Under the pieces are notes generated by a model. It had not been told where the DNA came from, searched no databases, and saw only the letters and a list, made by a program, of their open reading frames with translations. From positions 1 through 22,195 of the forward strand of contig CALLPZ010000256.1 of the NCBI GenBank assembly GCA_938015405.1: a stretch of 22,195 bases of DNA, given 5' to 3'. The position numbers were made by a program, and so were the translations under genes. This DNA comes from an uncultured Pseudanabaenaceae cyanobacterium. Lineage in GTDB: Bacteria; Cyanobacteriota; Cyanobacteriia; PCC-9006; JAAUQQ01. Numbering within the stretch: position 1 is the first letter of the stretch; each line of letters opens with the position of its first letter. Below are positions 9,096 through 16,268 of this stretch, one piece after another.

Positions 9096-10016
9096 ATGCC
9101 ACTCTCTAACTGCCCTAAACCTCATGCTCGAACCTCTGCCCTGGCCCTGGCATTCCTAGGGAGTAGCCTCATCTTCTTAAGCGCATGCCACTCCCAAAGA
9201 CCAGCCAACAATACAAGCCATCGCTCCGAGACCGTTCAATCAGAAATGACTGAGGAGCAAACAGACCAGGCTATGGCAGCCTCCGTTCTATGGGCTGACA
9301 ACTTCCAAGGAGATTGGCAGTCAAACTGGCAGATCCAAGCAAAAGGCAAATGGGGGGAGGAAAACTTTGAGGTCATGGGCGATCGCGACAACCGCTTTGC
9401 CCGGCTTCTACGCGTCCACTATCCCGCAGGCTCTGCCAGCCCCAAGGTCAGCCGAAACCAAGACAGTCCATCCGGTGGCGGGCAATTTTATGGCACCCTC
9501 GGCATCCCTCCCCAAGATCGACTCAAACTCAGCTATAACCTTCGTTTTCCAGAAGATTTTGACTTTGTACGAGGCGGGAAATTACCAGGCCTCTACGGCG
9601 GCAAGGGAGCTAGCGGCGGCAATATCCCCAACGGTCGTGATGGATTTTCAACCCGGTTGATGTGGCGGGCAGGCGGTGCAGGGGAGGTCTATGCCTATCT
9701 CCCCACCAGCGAAGCCTACGGGACTTCTCTGGGCCGAGGCAGCTGGCATTTTCGTCCCGGCCAATGGCATCACATCGAACAAGAGGTTCAGCTCAATCAG
9801 CCTGGCCAGAAGGATGGCTGGGTTCGCATCTGGATGGATGGCCGCCTTGTTCTGGAGCAGAAAAATTTAGTTTTTCGCACGACACCGGAGCTGAAATTGA
9901 ATGGGGTGTTCTTTTCAACATTCTTTGGCGGAGGCGATCGCAGTTGGGCCACCCCCCAAGACACCCATATCGATTTTGCTGACTTCCAAGTCAGCAAAAT
10001 CAGCAAGACTCCCTAG
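9096..10016 (+). CDS. secreted lipoprotein, concanavalin-like polysaccharide-lyase (PL14-like) family candidate
   Basis: 306 aa. Lipoprotein signal (ALALAFLGSSLIFLSAC). Gly-rich motifs GGKLPGLYGGKGASGGNIPNGRDGFSTRLMWRAGGAGEVYAY, then WHF...W.HIEQEV.LN.PG..DGW..IWMDG. From memory these resemble the bacterial/viral 'polysaccharide lyase' beta-sandwich family. Family assignment is unverified. Confidence 0.5.
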   Translation: MPLSNCPKPHARTSALALAFLGSSLIFLSACHSQRPANNTSHRSETVQSEMTEEQTDQAMAASVLWADNFQGDWQSNWQIQAKGKWGEENFEVMGDRDNRFARLLRVHYPAGSASPKVSRNQDSPSGGGQFYGTLGIPPQDRLKLSYNLRFPEDFDFVRGGKLPGLYGGKGASGGNIPNGRDGFSTRLMWRAGGAGEVYAYLPTSEAYGTSLGRGSWHFRPGQWHHIEQEVQLNQPGQKDGWVRIWMDGRLVLEQKNLVFRTTPELKLNGVFFSTFFGGGDRSWATPQDTHIDFADFQVSKISKTP

Positions 10017-10028
10017 GCTTCTAAATCG

Positions 10029-12062
10029 CTACTGCTCCAGCAAAGCAGCCGATTTGGGGTCCAGAACCTGAGTCAGGTCATCCGCCGGCATAGGCATCAG
10101 TCGAAGACTAAAGTCCTTGAACACCAAGTTCTCTTGATCCGATGGTGGCGAGAGCAGCTGAGGCACTGCCGTAACAATGGAATCAGGGATGACCTGATCA
10201 AAAGCATCAGATTGAGCAACCGCGTCCGAGTTCAACCCAGCGAGCGTCACCCGTGAAGCCTGTTGTTGAGACACAACAGTCTGGGGGACAAGCACCACCG
10301 TACGGCCTTTACCCTGCCCCTTAACCGTTACGTCACCCCGACGAATTTCTAAGGGCTGCCGAAACTCCAACTCACCAATCGGCAAACGCACTTCTAAATG
10401 CTTAGCCTGAGACTGATTAATCAGGGACTGCAAGGCAGCAGCATCATCCAGACCATCATGGGGAACCACACCGTAATCAATGGCTTGAACCCGAGTGATG
10501 CCCTGGGATGAAGCTTGGTATTGGCTCTCCAGCTGCCAGCCCTGCAAATCGGCAATGGGGTTCATCACGCCATTTAGCCAGAGCACACCGATGATAAAAC
10601 TCGCCACCTGGGTCCAGAGCAAAAATCGCGACAGATTGACTTTCAGCCCTAACTTCCAAGCTGCACCTCCAGCATCAATACTCTGGTTACCTCGGTTGGT
10701 CCATTTCTGCTTAACCAGATTCATCTGAGTCCAGATTTTAACCAGTGAGCCCAGCCACTGGGTCAATAGCAAAATCGGCAAATGCAGCAGCTTGAGATGA
10801 GACGGCCGACCCGCAAAAATCGCCAGCAACATCGCCAGACGGCTCAGAATAATCCAGCTACCAATCAACTGAAAGCTGACCCAATGGCCCTGCAAAGCAG
10901 CAATTAGCAAAAAGCTAGGACTGAGCAAAGAGGTCCACATACTCAGCCGCTGATCCAGCAAGCTATACCAGAGGAAGCCTCCCGTCTTTCTGGGCCCCAA
11001 CGCCAATGCCCGGCCATTATTGCGCAGCATGTTGCCGAACCAACGGCGCATGTTCTGGTAAGAGCGTTCCACCACTGAACCGGACAGGGTCTCAATGGAA
11101 TAGACCAGCACATCAGGGATGTAGAGCATGTCATAGCCCTGACGCAGCAGCCAAAACCAAGTGCTCTTGTCATCCCCCGAAAGGAACTTGAATCGTCCCC
11201 ACAACCAATCGTCAAGCTGGTCATTGCACAGTTGTTCGGCAAAGCCAGGGTCGAGAGCCGCTTCCGCCCGAAAAAGGGAAAAACGTCCCGTCAAGCACAT
11301 GACCTTACGATCCAGCGAATCAGAACACATCTGATAGTGGCGCTGGGCAAAGCGCATGTGGAACCATTCCGAGAAAAAGGAGGAGCCTTTGACCACAGGC
11401 AATTCATCCGTGGTCAGCGCGCCCATTTTAGGAAACAGGGTAAAGAAAGGCAGGCAGCGCAGCAGGGTCGCTGGCGTCAACTCAGAATCCCCATCCATCA
11501 AAGCAATCACACCATGCTTCGGGAAACCCTCCTCAGACAAGACCTCCAACCCATCTGCCATGGCCTTGCGCTTGCCATCCTTTTGAACCATCAAAATCAG
11601 GTTGATGGACTGGAGCTGGGGGTCAGTCTCTTCCAGGATTTCGCGAATGCGCTGGTTTTCGGCGTTGCTACTGCTGTTGGCTAAGACTGTCAGTCCCTGG
11701 GGCAGTAACTGCGCTTCCCGAGCGATCGCCCGAAAAACTCGCTCAGTAATCCAGTCCTTCTCTTTATAAGTGGGCACCACCAAACAAACCGGCGGCAAAG
11801 CTTCCAGGGGAACCTGGCGCGCTCGCTTACGCCAACGGCGAAAGGTCCAACGCAAATAGAACTGGCCGCGCACCCAGCGCAGCAATAACAGTGACCAGCG
11901 CCAACTGCCAATCACGCCAAAGCCCACAAAGGCAGGCAGCTCCCAAAACATGCCGTACAAAGCCTTGAGATGCCAAATATGATTGAAGGCCAACCACATC
12001 ACCCAGGCAATCAGCCCTAGATGCAGCCAAGGCAATAGTTTCTGCAATCTTGCTTTCATCAT
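10029..12062 (-). CDS. processive family-2 glycosyltransferase, polysaccharide synthase of the NodC/HasA/Alg8/chitin-synthase type
   Basis: 677 aa. Two N-terminal TM helices, then GT2 motifs: PTYKEKDW, QKDGKRKAMADG (GKRxA motif), ALMDGDSELTP (DxD), LSGDDKSTWFWLLRQGYDMLYIPD (compare SGDDRxLT...Y.PdA of NodC/HasA) and SYQNMRRWFGNMLRN (QxxRW-type). A multi-TM C-terminal channel region follows, then an extra roughly 190-aa soluble domain. Confidence 0.82.
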   Translation of the reverse strand: MMKARLQKLLPWLHLGLIAWVMWLAFNHIWHLKALYGMFWELPAFVGFGVIGSWRWSLLLLRWVRGQFYLRWTFRRWRKRARQVPLEALPPVCLVVPTYKEKDWITERVFRAIAREAQLLPQGLTVLANSSSNAENQRIREILEETDPQLQSINLILMVQKDGKRKAMADGLEVLSEEGFPKHGVIALMDGDSELTPATLLRCLPFFTLFPKMGALTTDELPVVKGSSFFSEWFHMRFAQRHYQMCSDSLDRKVMCLTGRFSLFRAEAALDPGFAEQLCNDQLDDWLWGRFKFLSGDDKSTWFWLLRQGYDMLYIPDVLVYSIETLSGSVVERSYQNMRRWFGNMLRNNGRALALGPRKTGGFLWYSLLDQRLSMWTSLLSPSFLLIAALQGHWVSFQLIGSWIILSRLAMLLAIFAGRPSHLKLLHLPILLLTQWLGSLVKIWTQMNLVKQKWTNRGNQSIDAGGAAWKLGLKVNLSRFLLWTQVASFIIGVLWLNGVMNPIADLQGWQLESQYQASSQGITRVQAIDYGVVPHDGLDDAAALQSLINQSQAKHLEVRLPIGELEFRQPLEIRRGDVTVKGQGKGRTVVLVPQTVVSQQQASRVTLAGLNSDAVAQSDAFDQVIPDSIVTAVPQLLSPPSDQENLVFKDFSLRLMPMPADDLTQVLDPKSAALLEQ

Positions 12063-12095
12063 AATTTCTCCTAGGTCAACCTAATCTCGGGCAAC

Positions 12096-13694
12096 CTATT
12101 GGGCAGCACTAGGAGAAAACGCACTCAAGAAAGGCAACTTCGACTGGGAACGCTGGGTCCCAAAACTCAAACTCGCCATCTGGCCAACGCCACAAAAACG
12201 ATTGGCAGCCTGAACATGGTTCTCAGGAGCAAGACGCACTGTCACTCGCGCGAGAGCCTGCTGTTGCATATGGGCAGGTAGCGCAGGCAGAAGCCGCTGC
12301 TCTCGGTTTTGCACCACCGACAAACCACTCACCGATTCAATCAAATCCACCTGACCCACCACCGGGGCCTTCTTATCCTTCAAATAAACACTGACCGGCT
12401 GGCTCTCATCTATCCGCTCAGCATCCTTGCTGGTCACGAGAGTCTCAACCCAGAGATCCTCACAGTCCAGAAGCGTCAACAATTCATCGGAACGCTCCAC
12501 CTGCTCTCCAGCATCGTGGCTCGTCTGATACACGACACCGGCGAAGGGAGCAGGTAAATCACCCAGGGGCTGAATCGGATTGAGGCCTTGACCATTGACC
12601 TTGGCCATCTGGCTTTTGAGCTGCTCTACCTTGACCTGTAGCCCAGGCATCTTCGCCATGCTGGTTTGGTAGTTCTGTTGAATTTTCTGCTGTTGCTGCT
12701 GAAGGCTCAAGCTGAGCTGCTGCTGGCGCAGCTGATCCCCCACAGGCTGAGATGAAGGCGCTGATGCGGCGATCGCCATCTGCTCCTGGGTCATCTGAAC
12801 CTTCTGCTGGGCAGCCGCAAGGGCAGCTTGTTGAGCAATGATTTGATCCTGGGCAATCTCCCAGTCTGCCGCCAACTCATCCACCTTTTGCTGAGCAATG
12901 AGTTGCTGCTCCCAAAGGGACTTGTAGCGTTGATGAACTTGTTTAGCCGCCTTGGCCTTCGTTTTAGCCTCGCTTAACTTTGCACTGGCCAGCTCCACAG
13001 CTCCTTGCTGCACGGCTTGCTGCTGACGCAATTGCTGTAGCTCCAGCAGGCGCAGCTGCTCATCCTCTTCGCGCTGCAGACGAACGCTGTCCTTCGACAT
13101 CGCTGCCAACTGACTGGCCTGGACATTCAAAGACTGAGCCTGCTGCTCCAGCATGGCAAGCTCCTGCTGCTGAGCGGCGAGCTCTAAAGATGCAGCTTGA
13201 AACTGCAAAGCCATCTCCTCCGGAGACGCTACTCCACCGACAAAGCCAGAGTCATCGGCAACGAAATTAATCCGAGCCAAGGGTTGGCCGGCACTCACAC
13301 TCGCACCAGGACGAGCAAAAAAGTCTTGAATCGTGCCTCGCTCAGGTGCTTTAACCGTAATCGTGCGCCCATTGACAACGGCATAGTCTGTCGTGACATG
13401 GAGCCAGCGATAGCTGAGGGAACTCCCCCAAATCCCTAAAGCAGCACCACCACATCCCAAGGCAGCCAACCCAATTAAGCCTCTCTGGACAACGCGCTTA
13501 CCCAGAAAAACGGAGGAGCTGGAAGCATCCCCCTGAGACGATAGCGAATCTGAGGCCTCGGCATTCACCAAAGGACTGGAGAAAGGAGGCGACACCACAC
13601 TCACGGCTTGGGTCTCAACCCCGACATCCGATCTGGCATAACCGCTAGATGGAGTCAGCGGATCGCGTCCGTGGGGGTTAGGAGCAGCAGTCAT
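12096..13694 (-). CDS. HlyD-family membrane fusion (periplasmic adaptor) protein
   Basis: 532 aa. Ser-rich disordered N-terminus of about 65 aa, one TM (GLIGLAALGCGGAALGIW), the lipoyl/beta-hairpin signature YAVVNGRTITVKAPERGTIQDFFARPGASVSAGQPLARI, a Gln/Ala-rich coiled coil of about 230 residues, and a C-terminal beta-barrel segment (PAPFAGVVYQ...). The gene's stop (12096) lies 33 bp upstream of the GT2 start codon (12062), which suggests one operon. Confidence 0.8.
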   Translation of the reverse strand: MTAAPNPHGRDPLTPSSGYARSDVGVETQAVSVVSPPFSSPLVNAEASDSLSSQGDASSSSVFLGKRVVQRGLIGLAALGCGGAALGIWGSSLSYRWLHVTTDYAVVNGRTITVKAPERGTIQDFFARPGASVSAGQPLARINFVADDSGFVGGVASPEEMALQFQAASLELAAQQQELAMLEQQAQSLNVQASQLAAMSKDSVRLQREEDEQLRLLELQQLRQQQAVQQGAVELASAKLSEAKTKAKAAKQVHQRYKSLWEQQLIAQQKVDELAADWEIAQDQIIAQQAALAAAQQKVQMTQEQMAIAASAPSSQPVGDQLRQQQLSLSLQQQQQKIQQNYQTSMAKMPGLQVKVEQLKSQMAKVNGQGLNPIQPLGDLPAPFAGVVYQTSHDAGEQVERSDELLTLLDCEDLWVETLVTSKDAERIDESQPVSVYLKDKKAPVVGQVDLIESVSGLSVVQNREQRLLPALPAHMQQQALARVTVRLAPENHVQAANRFCGVGQMASLSFGTQRSQSKLPFLSAFSPSAAQ

Positions 13695-14276
13695 AATATT
13701 AAAAATGAATTAATCGGCCTGAGCCAAACCAGCTCAAAACCGCAGGGATACACAAACGGACAATACAAATGACCCAATTTAATAGGAGTCAGGGGTAACA
13801 GCACAACCAAACCGCAAATTTTGTGGATTGATTAAACACCGAATCTCTCCCAACTTTGCTCCCAAACAATTGAGCTAGCCATATCTATATCCAGCAGAGG
13901 AGCCCCAAACGACACTTGCGTGAATCTCACCAACACTAAGCCATTTCAAGGGAAAGTTCTTCAGCGAACCAGCGGATTTCACGGAGGATTCATAGCAGCC
14001 AGAAATTTATAAGAAGCTGCAGTAAAGTTTTATTTTTATCCGGCCAGATTAAACAAAAATTAACTTCCTATGCCAACAGAGCAATGACGCTGTAAACGAG
14101 GAAAAACCACAGCTTGACGAGGAATGGACAGAAATACCTATTGCCAATCTCCTCGACATACTACAACATAATACAAGCGATAAAAGAGCCAATAAGCTAG
14201 GCCCCGCAGAACATCATCTAGTCTGATTTTGCTTTGACGGATGGTGGCCTAGACAACTGTAAAAGGAATAACAATC

Positions 14277-15458
14277 ATGGGCTACCAACAGGTCCCTTTT
14301 AAGACTGAAAAACCCGTCCTTTCTTGGGCGAACCATGCTCTGAGTTCTGCTGAGATCACAATGGCCCAGAATGTCGCCTCGCTGCCATTTGTGTTTAAGC
14401 ATGTCTCCCTCATGCCGGATGTGCATTTGGGGAAAGGCGCATTGGTCGGGTCTGTCGTCGCGACGAAGGATGCGATCGTTCCCGCTGCTGTAGGTGTGGA
14501 TATTGGCTGCGGCATGTGCGCCATCAAGCTTCCCTTCCAGGCCAGTCAATTGGAGGGCAAACTCAAAAACATTCGCAAGGATATTGAGGCTGCGATTCCG
14601 ACAGGCTTCAATGAGAATAAGGACGTGGAAAAGTCCGTTCAGAACTGGTCCGGATGGAAGAGCTTTAAAGAGCTCCATCGGGGAGTCCAGGATCGACATA
14701 CCAAAGCGGAGCGGCAGTTAGGAAGCCTTGGCGGTGGCAACCACTTTATTGAGGTTTGCCTAGATGAGGCAGATCAAGTGTGGCTGATGCTCCACTCCGG
14801 CTCGCGCAACATAGGCAATAAGCTGGCCCAGTGCCACATGAGCACTGCCAAGAACTTGGCAAAGCTCTCCGAGGAGAAGCTGCCGGATCTGGATCTGGCC
14901 TACTTCGTCAAAGGTACAGCAGAGTTCGAAGCCTATTGGCGCGATCTGCAATGGGCTCAAGCCTATGCTCTATTCAACCGTGATGTGATGATGGCGCGTT
15001 TCAAACGCATTGTTGAGCAGCATTTAGCCGGAGGAAAGCCAACGAAGCCGATCCTCTCGGTCAATTGCCATCACAACTACGCAGAGAAGGAAATCCACTT
15101 CAACGAAGAGGTGTACGTCACTCGTAAGGGAGCCGTGCGCGCTCGCGAAACGGATTACGGCATCATTCCAGGCTCCATGGGGGCAAAATCCTTCATTGTG
15201 AAGGGCAAGGGCGATCATGCGAGCTTCTGCTCCTGTAGCCACGGAGCTGGAAGATTAATGTCCCGTTCCAAGGCGAAGCGCACCTATTCGCTGGATGATT
15301 TGATCCAGCAGACAGAAGGAATTGAGTGCCGTAAGGATAAGGGGGTATTGGATGAAATTCCTGCGGCTTATAAGCCGATTGAACAAGTGATGGAGAATCA
15401 GAATGACTTGGTGGAGGTGGTGGCAACCCTGCGGCAGGTCGTTTGTGTGAAAGGCTGA
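14277..15458 (+). CDS. rtcB: RNA-splicing ligase RtcB (3'-phosphate/5'-hydroxyl RNA ligase)
   Basis: 393 aa, near-collinear with E. coli RtcB as I recall it: LPFVFKHVSLMPDVHLGKGALVGSVVATKDAIVPAAVGVDIGCGM, GGGNHFIEVCLDE, NCHHNY, SCSHGAGR, and C-terminal LVEVVATLRQVVCVKG. Confidence 0.95.
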   Translation: MGYQQVPFKTEKPVLSWANHALSSAEITMAQNVASLPFVFKHVSLMPDVHLGKGALVGSVVATKDAIVPAAVGVDIGCGMCAIKLPFQASQLEGKLKNIRKDIEAAIPTGFNENKDVEKSVQNWSGWKSFKELHRGVQDRHTKAERQLGSLGGGNHFIEVCLDEADQVWLMLHSGSRNIGNKLAQCHMSTAKNLAKLSEEKLPDLDLAYFVKGTAEFEAYWRDLQWAQAYALFNRDVMMARFKRIVEQHLAGGKPTKPILSVNCHHNYAEKEIHFNEEVYVTRKGAVRARETDYGIIPGSMGAKSFIVKGKGDHASFCSCSHGAGRLMSRSKAKRTYSLDDLIQQTEGIECRKDKGVLDEIPAAYKPIEQVMENQNDLVEVVATLRQVVCVKG

Positions 15459-15477
15459 TCTAAGGATCCTGCAAGGC

Positions 15478-16239
15478 TCAAGGGCGGAGCCGATTCTTTG
15501 TATTACGGGCTAGTGATCGCAGCTTTTCTGACAGGGGCGGGTCACGGTAGAACTCGATCGCCAAGCCTCGAAATCCCCCATCGTCCAACACCTCAAATCC
15601 ATGGGGCTCCCCCCCTCTGTAGTACATCAAGCTAGGCGAATTTAATCGGTTCCCCTCCAGTTCAATGTCACCCGCCAGCCCCAGCATCAACACGCCATGG
15701 TCACGATGCTGATGAACCGGCACAGCATCACCTGCCTCCAGGGTCAAAAAGAAGCAGTGCAAGCGCTTTAGGCTAGACGTTTCCCCATCAAAGGCGAGGG
15801 TTTTCCCTTCTACATCACTCCCATGCTGGGCAATTGCCTCGCTAGGACAAGCAATGGCTGGCTCCATCAAGGAGCCCTCCAGCTTCTGACGTCTCGCCCC
15901 CATGAGCTTCACCCTAAGGGTGATTGCAGAGACATTGCCTAAGTCATCGATGAGACATTCCGTTTGGGCGGGTTGGTACAACACAGAGCCGGGCTCTGTG
16001 AGCTGGCGATCGCCTCTCGAAGAGGAGACCTTCACTCCCCCCCGCAGCAGCACATAAAGCTGGTCATCATCGCTTAACCCAGGCCGCGAAGTCCCAGGCT
16101 TCACCAAACCGACTTCCAAGCGAGACAGATTCAGAGGCTCGCAGGAGAGCAAAGGCTGGGCCTCTGTCCCAGCCTCGTCAACTCCCAGCGACTCTAAATC
16201 CAGAGGCTGAATATGACTGCTTTGAACGTGGGATTTCAT
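15478..16239 (-). CDS. bicupin-domain protein
   Basis: 253 aa. The C-terminal half carries both cupin motifs (PVHQHRDHGVLMLGLAGDIELEGN and YYRGGEPHGFEV). The N-terminal half is a degenerate second cupin. Its start codon (16239) is 30 bp downstream of the stop (16269) of the secreted-protein gene on the same strand. Confidence 0.65.
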   Translation of the reverse strand: MKSHVQSSHIQPLDLESLGVDEAGTEAQPLLSCEPLNLSRLEVGLVKPGTSRPGLSDDDQLYVLLRGGVKVSSSRGDRQLTEPGSVLYQPAQTECLIDDLGNVSAITLRVKLMGARRQKLEGSLMEPAIACPSEAIAQHGSDVEGKTLAFDGETSSLKRLHCFFLTLEAGDAVPVHQHRDHGVLMLGLAGDIELEGNRLNSPSLMYYRGGEPHGFEVLDDGGFRGLAIEFYRDPPLSEKLRSLARNTKNRLRP

Positions 16240-16268
16240 AGAAGCCTCAATGCCATCACAACCATCCT

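Noticed and set aside
9367-9982. Alternative-frame ORFs (97, 106, 64 aa) inside the lyase-like gene
   Set aside because: They overlap the 306-aa frame, which has a lipoprotein signal and conserved motifs. No independent support.
14214-14699. 161-aa minus-strand ORF overlapping the rtcB 5' region
   Set aside because: It is antisense to the unambiguous RtcB N-terminus and has no motifs. Judged spurious.
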